A stretch of DNA of 64,000 bases from Paraphysomonas bandaiensis. Its lineage: Eukaryota > Protista > Chrysophyceae. Below, in pieces: positions 1-13,468 of the stretch (positions within the stretch are counted from its first letter, which is position 1; the number at the start of each line of letters is the position of its first letter). The stretch lies in contig CBFFRP010000378.1 in assembly GCA_965644295.1 (NCBI GenBank), positions 434,001 through 498,000 on the forward strand, read 5' to 3'. Both the position numbers and the translations under genes were made by a program. The notes beneath the pieces were generated by a model. That model was not told where the DNA came from. It was given only the letters and a program-made list of their open reading frames with translations, and searched no databases.

Positions 1-3000
1 TGTGAGAATATTTACGACGCATATATGACACTAATAACTTTTACCCTTGACAGATATATGGTTGGGATACTACCACACGCACACTTCAATTGAAAATGAT
101 TGGACACCGACATAGTGTTGTTGCGGTCGCAATCATTTATAATCCACATGAGAGGGCTGCCTCGGTTGATGAAGTAGGTACAGTGAAGGTATGGAATCTG
201 GATAGGGCGCAAGGCATGAGAGCTCAACACCTACAATCTATTGCTATTGGAGGAAGACTGAAAGTATTTGCTTTCACACCGACTATAAATCACGGTATGC
301 TCGCAGTATAGATTGATCTTTGTCCTGGGTGCCATTCATTGTATTTTATCGCTTGCTTTGTACGATTAGTTGTTTGGCTGACGGCTGATTATATACATTT
401 TGCAGGAGCAACTCTTGCGGTTCTGGCCGAGCAACTTTATTTTTTTGATTTACAAGGGGGTATTTTGGAGGATAATCGTTGCATTTCGGGTGGAATGATT
501 GTGTGCGAACAAACAAGCCGACTTTGGGTTATTGCCAGAAAATTGACATTTGAAACGGATCTTAGCACTGGCAGACCAGGAAAAGTGTTTGAGATCATAT
601 CAGAAGAGAGGATGGATACTTGTGCCACCGGTCGGATTGTTACGAAGTCGAAGGCATTGGCGGTTGCACAGGTATGTTCGAAGGCCCAAAAGAAGGCCAG
701 CTCTTCTTCGAGTGTAATGTCTGAGTCTTTCGCAAATGGAACAAGTAAAATTAACAATTTTGATGCGCGAGATATATACACTGATGACGATACCACAGCT
801 GCGACAGGAGGTAAAGAATATTTGCTATTCAAGTATTGAGTTTACAGAGTTTGTGTGGGTGACACAGATCTACGTGGTAAAAAAATATTCACGGGAACAC
901 AATCTGGCCTAGTGTTGATGTACGATGCCACAACGGTAGGAATACTCACTCAACTTTCGTATGAGGAGCACACAACTGGGAGAGAGAACACTGGAGCAGT
1001 GGTTCGTTTGCGGTATTGCGAGCGGTCCGAAATTCTTGTAGCGGCTTACGCAGGTCGGTCACTTAAATAGGATACCTTTCAAATGTGACGTTTTATGTGC
1101 CCGTGATAGCTGGTGCTGTGAAGGTGTTCAGTGGTTGTCATCGTACCATTTCATCAGATAAGAAGAGCTTATATGTGGATTCCAGCGATATATGTGACGA
1201 GTGGTGCCCGTACTTTCAAGGTGGAGGCACACCACCTGCTCCCCAGCTATTACGTGTGAACTACCTCGTTCACGAGACCACTGTAATTGCTATGGATGTG
1301 AGTGAAGAATTTGGGTTGATTGCTGTCAGTGGTGCGGACGGAACTGTCAGAGTATTGGACTTCTATACTTTACTTATCAGGTCTGGTATTTGTAAAAAAA
1401 TATTATAGTGACAGTTCTTGTAGATCAGTGTATGCAGCCCCGTATATAGAGCGACAGCCGGTTGAATGCACTCATCTCTGCTTTGTTCCCTCTGCTCCTC
1501 TTCTCTTGGGAGCTGATAGTCAAGGAAGATTGACACTCTGGTCAGTGTACCCTCTGAAGCCTGTGTGGGTATACACATGGAGTCTGTCTCAGGGAGTGCG
1601 ATTGTTCTCGTATACATCTATGTCGCCTGGTCCAGGAAGCCCAGGTGGAGGTACTGGTGCAGGTATACCCGACGTTGATATTGTGATTTATACCTATTAA
1701 CAGTAAGATGTTTTGCCTAGGAGGTACGCGTAGTCCAACAAAGGATCTAGATAACATCTCCGATGCTGGCATCGAAGAAGAGAATAAAGATGGGGACTAT
1801 GCTGATACAGTAGATTATAGAGCTGTTGACGAAGATATGCTAGAGGACGAGTCCGGAGTGGGGGTTACCAGTCTCCAGTGTGTCGTATGGCAGAACAGTG
1901 AGTATCAGAATTACTCTGAAAAAAAGGCAGAACGAGTTGAATGGACGTGCATAGTTGGTGATAGTGTCGGTCGAATAACGTTGTTGGACATAACTGATGT
2001 ATGCCAACTGAATTATATATTTCGTATATAACGTAAGGTTTACAGCTGGTGTCTCGCGTTGAAGCAGCTGATTTCAAAGCACTTCTGCAGGCAGCTTATC
2101 TTCATCGGTAGTGCAGAGAAAAATTGCATCTATGAATTTCATGGACTATTATGTTCTTCGTAGGCACTCCCTTCCTTATCAACAGTGGAGACGAAAGGAT
2201 ATAAAAGATGGACTTGAAGAATTCCAGATTAGTGAAGTTTTAAGTGCTATTCGCCACCCGATAGGTGTACACTCTTGTACTGCTCATATGCATAAAGGAT
2301 AATAATATGTGAATCTAGGGATGCTCGGCCAAAGTAACGACTCACAGTCTGATCAATGTATTGGAGGTCAAGCCGTTGGACACAAAGGTGTATCTATTAA
2401 AGATATTAAACGAAGATTACGCTGGACTGCACATGTCCACGGTAAGTGGCACTGGTTATACCGGCTTATATTATTTGAAGTAATTTATTTAATTAGGGGT
2501 ATCGGAGATAAGAGCCTTACAGAAATTAAACCTGATGTCCACTCCATTGGGTGTCAACAGACGATCGATCCCTACACTTGCGCCGAGTATTGGAAACAAG
2601 CCGTATGCGCTAATTTCCGTATCTGAGTACGGGACACCGAAGAGGTGGAGTTGGAGGGGAGTTTCACTTGACGATGAGACCGCTGGTATGAAGTACTAGG
2701 TGAAGTTGCTCTGTAATTTTAGTTTTGTTAGATGGCATTCTGTTTCCTGACGCCTCAGAGGACTTTAAGAGTCTACTAACCAGAATGGAAGAATCGAAAA
2801 CTGGAGATAGTGCGGAGAAGTACTCAATGTATCAGGTTCCGTCAGGTTGAATGTCATTATCGTTTGAGTTGCTTTGTCATACTACGTTATCAGGCGCAGC
2901 ACAAGAGCGAATCTCAGCCATTGTGAATTGGGTTTTACCTGTGCTGTCGAAAGCTGCCAGACGAGAAATGATGACTGTATTACGTGCTCCTAAATACGAC

Positions 3001-6000
3001 AAACACGCTCGCAAGCTGGAGAAGAGCATGTCCGGTTCGTTTATATATGAAATCTCGATACAAGTGATGTGCAATTATTTACCAGAGATAACTCAGTATG
3101 GCCCCATTGTCGATGCAGTTCAAGAAGCGCGAGAGTCCTCTAAGCGAAGGCAATCTATGTCAGAAATCCTTTGGAAAAATAGTCGTGAAAATCAAGTAGC
3201 ACCACCTCTTGACGAAGAAGACGATAAAGATGACTTCTTATCGCATTCATACGTGAGTACTGGATTTGAAGAAGGACAAAAAGATACCCACGATCTAAAC
3301 ATTACGGAGAAGGACCTCACCGTTTTAAAGCAGCAAGCAGCAGCAGCTGGAATAAGTATAGGCATAATATATACTGTTTAAATGTCTTATACTTTGGTAT
3401 ACAGAGGGGTCTCAAGTTGATGAATTTGTGATGGGTATTGCGGCAATGAAAGCTGGGGTATGAATAATTGCATATACTTTAAGGAATATCCTATAGAAAT
3501 AAAACACATACTTTTAGGTGGACATTATAAAGCAACGTCAGGAAGCTCAGCACGAATCTTGGAATTCTAAAGTTGGTTCTTTGGAACTGTCGGCTCTAAA
3601 GTTTTACACATTCTTCTCAGGTTAGGTTCCCAAACTTGATGCTTGAGGGCAAAAGAAAACAAAAGTTTAATAATAAAAAGGTATTTATCCTTGCTTTATA
3701 TAAAGTCATTGCAGTAAAACTTTAATCAATAGACTCAAGAAGTTGCTATTACGATTAGCTCTTCCAAGCAACTGGAAACGGCGAATACGGATCCGAGGGG
3801 CTATGAAGAGTTTGTGAAGAAGCGAGAAAAAATGTATTCTACCATTGACAAAGGCTTGCAAAAAGCAGGAACTATATCTAAGAGTGTAAGCACATTTGTG
3901 TCACGTATTGTACGTTGGTATACCTTACCCAAACCCGGACTTGTAGGAATTGGGGAAAGTTGATGATATCATCACTGATGATGAGCAGCCTGAGATTTGC
4001 CAGGCTACACGTCGACGAACTGTCATGACAGCTATCAGGTTTTAAAACTTAAATTTTACGCATATATAATGGCATGTCGGCAGATCGCCGCCAGATAGGT
4101 TCATGGTGAGCAATAAACAACAGGCTTTGCATGTTCCTGCTGCAGTACTGACAGGACCAACACTGGTGCGACAAACTAGTGCAGACAACGAAGATATTAC
4201 AATAGACGATAGCTTAGCAATTCAGAGCGGTGGAGATGATGCATGGAGGAGCTGTGTAGGCCCCAAGTACGGATAAACAGAGTGCCTAAAAAAGTGCAGT
4301 GTTTTACTTTGCTATTTTGTGCTTGTAATATATCCACCCCAGAGTAGTATAAATGCTTACGTACATTTTTTGATATGTATTTCTGCTACTGTAGCAAACT
4401 AAATCGCGAAAAGAAAGAATTTACTAGACAAGAGTCAATGAGTCGTATTCAGGAAACTATGATGCGATTTGAATATTTGACTAATTCTGGTGAGATTCCA
4501 TGTATGCGTGAGATATATAGTAAATATGTTTTGTTCCAGACGACAAAAAATATATGTATTCTTGGACACAAAGAAAATCAGAATCAGTAAGGCGAAAACG
4601 AGCGAAGAGCAAAGACCTTCAAAAAGGTATAGATCTATCCGATATTTATCAAAAGTGTGAGAAATGTTGCGCAGGAGGCAGCACAGATCATAAAGAAATT
4701 GGAAATATGCAGGCTGAATTTTTTAAACCTGATTTACAGACTGGAAGGTAGTCTTGTATAGTTATCCTTGTATTAGTCAAATATTATACCGTCACACAGG
4801 TACGGGCCGTACAAGACAAAAGATATTGTTGCATTTGAGGAATTTATATCCCGGTAAGTTTTGTGTTAGTATCATTACATTGCCTAGTAAATGATATACA
4901 CAAACCGTATATTTGCAGATTACCCATGAAACATTCCACACTTGACCCAGATGTTACCGAGCAAGCCTTAGGTGACTACTTTGCGGATATCATGATTACC
5001 GTAAGTTCGTGACATGACTCCTAGTTACTTCAAAACTCTTATTCTGGCTGCAGCTGAGTATGGGATCCGTATATGATCATAGAGAAGTAATAAATATTGC
5101 GGAACAGACCAAAAGCAAGGTTATTTTATTTTGGTTATCATAATATTTCTCGTTATGTAACATTGTTCGTTTAGATGCTAGCAAGGACCATGATGTCGTT
5201 GCGAGATCGTTCAGATGGAACAATACTTCGGAATGATATTTTCAACGCCATTTTTACCTTTGCTTCGGACGCAGAAAAGTACCGAACATGCACTGTAATT
5301 TTACTTCGTCACTCAGTGTGAATCTTCCTTGTAGACTCAGAATATATACATTTGGTCTTGTCCGAGCCGTTTTATTTGAAGTATTACGCAACCTTCAGCC
5401 TATGCAGTCTACCATACCTTCATTTGACGAGTTGCAAATGAGTTATTTTGAAAAGATGGCGCACCCTAATGCTACTCCTAAGTAAGTGCTACCTGATTGC
5501 AGTTTGCATTTTGAAAACAAAATTCCATCTATATAGGCATGGTCGGAAGTCTGCAATAGTTGGGTTGAGCTCGCCGGTCACCGGCCACCCCATAACAAAT
5601 TCTGGAACAGTTTCACCGCCTGGGCTGCGACAAACTAGAACCCCGAAACGTAAGAATTCAGGTATAAGTATTTATGAATAATTTCTTACTTGTCCGCACT
5701 ACTATTTTCACGTTATACACGTATCAGGAATTGAGGGTTGGAAGCTAGAAAAATCGGTATATATATCTAGAATATCACTAAAATATATTAGGTTATTTGA
5801 TATAGATGCTGGAAGACCTCAAGAAAATGTTTGATGACCTATATAATGACATAAATGGAACTGTGATAGGATCTGAGGTTATAGGTACGTGCACATAACG
5901 TTTTCTATACTTTTCTTGGTTTGAGTTTTATTCGTGGTGCTATAGATATAGTACAGAGTTCACCTGTAATACAAGGGCTTGAAAAACCGTTGAATATATG

Positions 6001-6392
6001 TAAGAGTGTTAATTGGTGCTTGAAATGTTGTAACTTTTTTGAATGAGTATAGCTTTTCTTGCTTTGCGACGCGGGTTTCCTCTCCACTTAGAAGTAAATG
6101 GTGCGAGTATAGGTTCTTTTTTTGAAGACATTTTAAAGGTATGTACGCAATTTGTACTCTTCATACCCCGTAAAGTAGTTTGCAATAGGTTGAGATAGCT
6201 GAAAGCCATGATGTGTTTTTAGAACGTGGGATACAAAGTCGTGACCCAACCCCATTAGCTTCCCCAAGGGATGTAGGGACGGCATCTTCTGGAGTACGTA
6301 AGATAGTGCGATGTCAGCCTTCCATATCATCCGTTCTTGAAGATCGAGATAGGAATGACCGTGTGCCAACAAAGACCGATATGGGACTGTAA
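1..6392 (+). CDS. Large multi-exon WD40-repeat protein with probable C-terminal EF-hand-like region; 5' end lies outside the window
   Basis: WD-like segments GHRHSVVAV...SVDEVGTVKVWNL, FTGTQSGLVLMYD, IAVSGADGTVRVLDF and LLGADSQGRLTLW are separated by GT-AG introns. A late exon reads EDLKKMFDDLYNDINGTV. The last exon reads VEIAESHDV...TDMGL to TAA at 6390-6392. It could be more than one gene. Confidence 0.65.
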
Positions 6393-6557
6393 TAATGGGA
6401 ATACATCTTCAGTAACTATTTTTAAGGAATTGGAATAATTCGCCGCTCCATATATTTCAATAGCAACTCCTTGTTTATTTATATTGAACGTCTTATTATT
6501 AGAGTAGACTTGAGCAATGAAATACTATATTATTGTAGTCTAATGTTCTAATAAATA

Positions 6558-6810
6558 CTGATGCTATTTCTCTGCTATTTAACGCTACGAAAGCTCTTTG
6601 TGCATCTCTGCTAGTACTAAGCGCAACTGATTTCTCGCTCTATCACTCAAAGCAAACGCACTGAGCAAGCCGAATGTTGGTATACCTGACATCTGTTAAC
6701 TTCAGGATTTCTGAGTTCTTAAGGTGAACAGCCCGGATGCTTGCTTGACTTCAGCAGGCAGCCCAATACCCCTGTTACCCTTGAGGCGGGCACATTTGCG
6801 GATGCTAGGC
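6558..6810. repeat. Dispersed repeat family A, partial copy
   Basis: Shares tatttaacgctacgaa, ctcaaagcaaacgcac, gaatgttg.tatacc and aggtgaacagcccggat with the copies at 11497, 55007 and 55664. Confidence 0.85.
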
Positions 6811-7364
6811 TCAGCTGCTCTTCTTAATTTAATTGGTACGTATGCCAATTTAGTAGGAACAAATGGACCAATTTTAGATTAGGAGGAGCGTAGGATAAAT
6901 TTACTAGGGACAAATATATTTTCGCTGTATATCGACCACCACACAGGAATCGCACTACAGTGGAAAAAGGAATATAAGGGTTAAACGGAGAGCAGTTATG
7001 AAGCAATGGTACTGGAGAAAATACTTGGAATTATTTAATTAACACAGAAAGCACACGTCGCGTTCAACATCGTAAACAATTGTTGCCAATTGAAACGTGC
7101 TGAATTTGCAACGGGTGCAATCAAAAAAATTAGAAGCAACCCCCAAAACATGACTAGAATATCATATCATTCCACATACGAAAAAACTTGAATTTACAGT
7201 ACAACACGGAATGCTCTCTATTTGATACTCTAGATACCAAAAGAACAAAAACTTTCAAAAGTACGAAATACACAAATAAGGGCTATAGTACACGGTCAAT
7301 ATCACACCAACGATCAAAGAGGGACAGTACAAAATAACAAACTGGGACAGTTTGAAGAAGAAGT

Positions 7365-7690
7365 TAAAGAACAAACATAATAAGAGGCCAATGCACCAAC
7401 GACAAAACGTTGAACCACCCTGCACTCAAGAAATAACATAATAAGAGGCCAATGTACCAACGACAAAACGTTGAACCACCCTGCGCTCAAGAAATAACAT
7501 AATAAGAGGCCAATGTACCAACGACAAAACGTTGAACTACCATACGTTAAGGAACAAACATAATAAGAGGCCAATGTACCAACGACAAAACGTTGAACTA
7601 CCATAAATTAAGGAACAAACTCAATGAAGGTTGCGGTTTCAACAACTGAACGATAAACCACCATACGATAAGGAACCAACTCAAGAATGG
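7365..7690. repeat. Tandem repeat, ~61 bp unit, 4 good copies plus 1-2 degenerate copies
   Basis: Unit core aacataataagaggccaatgtaccaacgacaaaacgttgaac recurs at about 7375, 7436, 7497 and 7557. Confidence 0.95.
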
Positions 7691-7723
7691 ATAAAATGTG
7701 AAGGCAAAATGTGGTGTTGAATG

Positions 7724-8437
7724 TTAGGACATAAAACTGTCAATAGACGGCCCATATAGATCGCTGTGAGACGTCAGTCTCCTCCGATAGTTATCAATTA
7801 TAGCCTTCTCTTCACAATTAAGAACATAAACATGAATATTATCGACACGATTTGTTCCATTGTAAGGGTCTTCGACATAACAGTCTACTTTCGATTTGAA
7901 ATTGGTGACCACACATATAATAAGAGATAAAGGTTTGAGAGGGGACGTCACTTTTAAAAGTTCGGCAAAACACCGCCCAAGAATTTCGAGAGAATATTCG
8001 TTAAAACGATAAGTCCAGATGTAACGAAGGCAACAAACGACACGTAATGCTTCTTCAACCTTCATTGACTCTCGCGGTCGCCGCGCTGGGTCCACCCACG
8101 GGAAAATAGCCATCAACTTAAGCCCCAATGTCTTGACAGTATATCTGCAATCAGTTTTTGGCAATGTAAAAAGTTTCGAGAGGAGTGTTTCATCATCCAA
8201 CTTAAATTCATCGACGCTATGCGCTTCATGACATAACACTTGTAACGATTCGGCTATAGATGCCTTTGTTACAACTTCATTAACTAATTGACGACAGCGT
8301 CTTTTCTTTCTCTGTGAGGATAATGAGTCATCACTGTCCTCTGCATCCATTACACTGTATGTCCTCCTGATTGCATTTGAAGGTATATCTGAAGTATCGG
8401 AGCAGAGAGAGAGGTATTCGAAATGATCATCATCCAT
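7724..8437 (-). CDS. Hypothetical 237-aa intronless protein, possibly carried by a mobile element
   Basis: Open ORF with an acidic N-terminus and a basic NLS-like stretch (QRKKRRCR). No recognised domain. The tandem repeat follows directly. Confidence 0.45.
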   Translation of the reverse strand: MDDDHFEYLSLCSDTSDIPSNAIRRTYSVMDAEDSDDSLSSQRKKRRCRQLVNEVVTKASIAESLQVLCHEAHSVDEFKLDDETLLSKLFTLPKTDCRYTVKTLGLKLMAIFPWVDPARRPRESMKVEEALRVVCCLRYIWTYRFNEYSLEILGRCFAELLKVTSPLKPLSLIICVVTNFKSKVDCYVEDPYNGTNRVDNIHVYVLNCEEKAIIDNYRRRLTSHSDLYGPSIDSFMS

Positions 8438-8981
8438 AGTTGTAGAGAGTTAGTTAATGTATATATCTTATGATATGTAGATATATATATGGTGGATGTG
8501 GGATAATAATAATGTATGGAGAGGCACACATGATTCCCATGTGTTCTTTTCTACAGACCCATTTAGAAACTGAAAATCTCTGTCCCAAAATAGCCCCATA
8601 TTGGGTGTGTCAAAAAGGTAGGATTTTAGACTAAAAACTCCTGTTTTTGTGATGGAGTAAGAAGATTGCACACAAACATTGCATCATGTGTAAGAATTCT
8701 TAGGTGATATACAGTACTGTATTCAGCAGTATTATTGTGAAGGATTTCTGAGCATATTCTTTGACATGGAACACTGGTATACAGTATATACAGGAGTAAT
8801 ACAGTATATGTGTTCTATCTATTTGTTCTTGTATTCAAATATACACACATTTATATACCGGTATGCTGGTATACTGGCTGGTATACCCACACAACACGTA
8901 GCTACTGTATGTATGTATATATATGCCATCTCCCTGCCCTATCCATATATATACACCTCGAGACCCTCATATATAACACAC

Positions 8982-10573
8982 ATGAACTCTCAATCAATCT
9001 CTATACCTACCCTCGTAATAGATGACACTGAACCTGTCGAACAAGACACAGCAGACTCTGAAGATCTCATTGATCTCCAATCCCTCTTATTACCAGAGGG
9101 ATCATTCCCACATCATGTCTCTCAATTCAGTGTATCTTATAATAAAAAACTATTTAATGGATGGGTAAAACAACCATCCGCATGTTGTGCAGCTGCATCT
9201 GTAGCTGGTGCTATCAATTCATTGGCTGATATTCATCGATCAGATCATCGATCACTGAACCATACGGATATATTATATGTATATATATCTATTATGGAAC
9301 GTTCAATTGATCGTAAAAAGAAATCATTTGAAAGATGTTTAGGGGCTCCAATCGATAATTTATTAACTAAACTCATTGCGGCTTTATTGGAAGCTAAAAA
9401 ATTGGCTACCAAAAAAAAGACCAATATAACATCAAAGGCATCTGTTACTAAACATTTAAAGGCTATTTTACTGGAGCATTTACAGGAAGATGAGAATAAG
9501 ATTAAGAACTCAGAGAATGTTGCTAGTAGTGATGTAGAAATTAATTCTACTCCTTGTGCTATGCAATTGCTCCATGAACTGATAAAGACGGAGGAAGAGG
9601 CGGGAGATACATGTATGGAGGATGTGTGTGTCGTGAAGGACTCGAGGGATGATAAGGTAGGCATCATTGATCCTACTGGTGTGCATCAACCCTTTGTCAT
9701 CGTTTGCTCTGTGTAATTAATGTGTCTGCATGTGGGGTTTATATCAGGACGTCGAAGGGGATGGCGAAGATGAAAATGAAGACGAGACACCTACCCTTCC
9801 TACGGCTCCCAGCACTACGAAGACTGCGAGACCTCTCATTCACAACGCTTGGGACTGGAAATCGGCACTTGCTGACCTTTTAAAGAAAATATTCGGGCTG
9901 CAAAAGTTGAATGCAACGAAGGCATCGACGGCTCCCATTGGGAATTGGTGAGAGCATATATATCTATGGTGCTGTAAATGTCACATTGCGTTAATATAGG
10001 GGAATACTCTCCGGGGTACAGCATATGGTTGAAATATGCGGAATTCCTACCAATCATATCACAGCAAAGCTCTTTATGGGTAAGGGATCGCTTGCAAGCA
10101 AGAACAAGTTGGAGGTTCCTTTGTCTCGATCAGATACACCAGACACCATTCGTAAGCAATGGGATGCACTCCGTGCGGCTTTTTTGGATCCAAATCGCGT
10201 CCTCTTGTTTCATTTAAAAAATCACTATGCACTGATATATGCCTTGAGAGAATGGGTAGATATTGGGGAAGACGGGAAAACCATTGTGGTACGGGAGTTG
10301 TTGACCGCAAGACGAGGTCAGCGTCCTACAGTTTGGATGCCTTTTCCGGAGGCTCGAGAGACGATGCTTGGTTGGGAAGGATATAAGCTAATGACATTTA
10401 GTAGGGCATCTGATGAAGCCGTTGAATCCTTGCGCTCCATCAAGAGTAAATTGAACGAAATATTTGGGACTGTGTGCAACTCTGAAACTAATATAACCCA
10501 AAATGATTGTGACGTGGTCGGCGCTACAGATTGTAGTGAAACTAAAGGGGCGCCAATTGTCAGTGGTGCGTGA
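8982..10573 (+). CDS. Putative papain-fold (peptidase C39/BIVM-like) cysteine hydrolase, 3 exons
   Basis: Candidate Gln/Cys motif KQPSACCAAASVAGA and His motif LLFHLKNHYALIYA, followed by LLTARRGQRP. Introns at about 9657-9748 and 9948-9999. Confidence 0.6.
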
Positions 10574-11496
10574 CTAACAGTGCCCTGCAATGATAAAATG
10601 AGTATATTTGTATCACAATTAGTATAGCGTAGTTATTGTAATATCTAAGGTAACTCTTGAAGTATATTGATTAACAATATTTCATGTATCGTGGACCATG
10701 TTTGTGTTTCTGTATGCTACTGGTAACACGAACTTCATATAGTGAGTACCACATAAATACAGTTATAATATTATGTTGTAATTGTTTCAAATATGTTGTA
10801 ACTGGGGACATAAAATAATATTGTTGTTTCTTGTGCTTTAGAATTGAACATTTCTCTGAAGTTAAACTTGCTCTTTACACCTTAACCTTGCTTTACTGAA
10901 CACAATACACTTTCAAATAAGAATTACAATTATATTTCTAAAACCACTTCACAACATATACATGTTCTCAGTTCTCAGCAACATCCTCTGTTTATCGTTT
11001 ATCATATATTCACCAGGCGCTATATAACTACATTTAATTCCGTTGGAACTACATTTACCCGTTACACTTATGAGTTGATCTCACCTGTTGCACACTACTA
11101 GCTCACTTCAATTAATAGTTAATGAATATATATCGCATCATACTGCAGAATTCAATAATGTGCAAATTAATATTATTTACGTTTGAATTATAAGATAACT
11201 GATAACTAAACGCAATACTCAATTAAAATTATGATTAATGCTTCTCATCATCTAGTTCAACTTGCTGCGTAATACGTAATGACAGTTAACTATAATCATA
11301 AACTGGCACGATCTTGAACACTATTTCACTATATCTTGTCAGACCTATATTTCAGGGCCTGCCGGTAACCATGAGTGCTCATTATAATTGCCGGAATATT
11401 TTTCAATAATGCAATTATAATTGTCGGGAACTGGGCATCCGTTAGTAGTGAATGTCTTATAATTAGCAATATAGGAGTGTAAGAATCAGCCCTTCA

Positions 11497-11920
11497 CTCT
11501 GATATCCTACTATTTAATGCTACGAATGCTGTTTTTGCGTCACCGCAATGGTCCAAGGTGCAACCACTTTTGCTCATTCACTCAAAGCAAACGCACGAAG
11601 CAAGCAGAATGTTGATATACCACTGACATCTGCTGACTTCAGCAGAATTTTTGAGTCCTTAACGTGAACAGCCCGGATATCCTTGAGGTGGGCCCATTCC
11701 CGGAAGCCTGTTTATTCGTCAGGGGCCCAAAGACGTCTACACTAGAGATACTTAATACTTACTAATGTCCCTTGTACCACACAAGCATTTGGCTATAAGC
11801 GGGCAGAACAGTATCTGTTGACTATTTATGCGGCTCACGTTAGTTTCTCGGAGAGATAAATATCTCCGGTACTTATCCCCCAGACCATCACGAAATGGTG
11901 CGAGTCACTTTGCTGAGGGG
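11497..11920. repeat. Dispersed repeat family A, nested in the hAT subterminal region
   Basis: Colinear with 55007-55375 and 55664-56095 (gaggtgggcccattcc.gga, cttgtaccacacaagcatt, aaatatctccggtactta). Confidence 0.85.
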
Positions 11921-12479
11921 CCACCCATTAATGGGCCATTAATGGTAATGCCATTATAATTGCCGGGACATTTTTAATTAAAAGGCCATTATAATTGCGG
12001 GAAACTGGACTACCATTAATGACCTGTACTGCTATATATAGAACTGAGTGTTCTTAAGAGTATAGTATCTCCTCTGTACTCCGAAGAAACTCTAAAGAGT
12101 ATTAGACAACAATGTTCATGCAACTCTACAGGCACTCTGTGGCAACTTTGTTCATTATCTTCTTAATGCATTCTAGAGTTGGAGAATAGTGTCCTGATCA
12201 ATATCCACAGCAACGCAGGAATATACCCAAAAACTCTAAAATAATCATTGAAAATATGCATATTTCACCTAAAAACATTCATAAAAACACTATTTTTCCC
12301 CAAAGTTGAAAGAAGTTGCAGTACACAAACTCTCCTGCATTTCTACCATCCCACATCCAGCTTATGAAGCGACGATGAATTGATGGCAGTGTAATTTACA
12401 GAGTCTTCTTCCGAGTGGTTTCAGAGAATCTTCTCAGTGGTCTGTATCTTATTGTTCGTTGTGCAATGATCTCCTTTAA

Positions 12480-13050
12480 CAAGATATACAGCGAGGTTAT
12501 GCGAGTTGTGTGAATCATACAGCCAAGAAGGGCACCAAACATGCGGATTTTTCTTGGCGAGAGAAACTCGAGAGAATTTTGGGATGTGAAAGACTTCATG
12601 GGGGCGATTTATTGTCCTTTTTGTAAGAAAGAAAGTATCTCCTGCTTCAAGGAACTTATATCAGTGACTGGAATGGATAGCTCTGAACGACGAACCATTT
12701 CCTATCGTGGAGAATAAGTATGTTCGGAAGAACACCAATTTAGCACCCATCTCAGTGAAGACGGTGATGAAATATTTACAACTCACAAATATACTCGTGG
12801 AAAGGAAGTTGAGTATATGTGTGCGTTGTAAATATTTCATCACCGTCTTCAAGGAAGCTGGGGTTACTCGAGTGTTACTATGCTGCGGACCTCAAGAGCA
12901 ACCGGACGAAAACAATTTACCGTGTATTGATTTTACTGCGGCTGATATCGGAGATTATGTCATTAGTCAACTGCAATTATTCAATAAAACTCTTGCCAAT
13001 GTCGATTGTCTTGTGTGTGATAACTGTGCAGCAACTTACCAGGCCCTGCA
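12480..13050 (+). pseudogene. hAT-type transposase pseudogene fragment
   Basis: WIALNDEPFPIVENKYVRKNTNLAPISVKTVMKYL and LLCCGP...DFTAADIGDYVISQLQLFNKTLANVDCLVCDNCA resemble stramenopile hAT transposases (the DN in VCDNC is the catalytic-type motif). It carries stops and deletions. Confidence 0.7.
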
Positions 13051-13468
13051 GCTTTTAACAACTGTATTCGTTACTAACGGCTGTAAACCAAAAACCTTAG
13101 ACTACATCATTTCATTGCCCAGCTTTAAACAAAACCCAAAACCGTGTATAGGTGTATAGATTGAAATATATAATTCTTCAAACACAATTATGACAATTTT
13201 CACACTTATAGGTTATTGGCTATTAAATATTAAACTACTTTAGAAGCGAGTGCAGTTCGATAAATGCTTTATTATTCAATATATATTGTGCGATCTCGTA
13301 GAGTAACTACATGTACTAAAGCAGTGTCATCCAAATGCAAAAAAGTACTTGCTTGTCACGAAAATTTATGATTTACTTCCAGCTTAGATACGATATCTAG
13401 ATTTTCATAACCAAATCACGTACAAAAAATGCTATGATCATTTAGTCGTACCAATACTGTATATTGCC

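Larger units (their letters stand above)
11353..13100 (+). mobile_element. Degenerate hAT-like DNA transposon remnant
   Basis: A CAGGGCCTG terminus at 11353 is shared with 51466 and 63352. Subterminal cattaatgg/ataattgccgg motifs are present. Broken transposase lies at about 12480-13050. Confidence 0.7.

Noticed and set aside
12-6372. Many short separate ORFs on both strands
   Set aside because: Better explained as exons of one intron-rich + strand gene and their antisense shadows.
7365-7690. CRISPR-like appearance of the 61-bp array
   Set aside because: The units are near-identical end to end with no unique spacers, there are no cas genes, and the context is eukaryotic.
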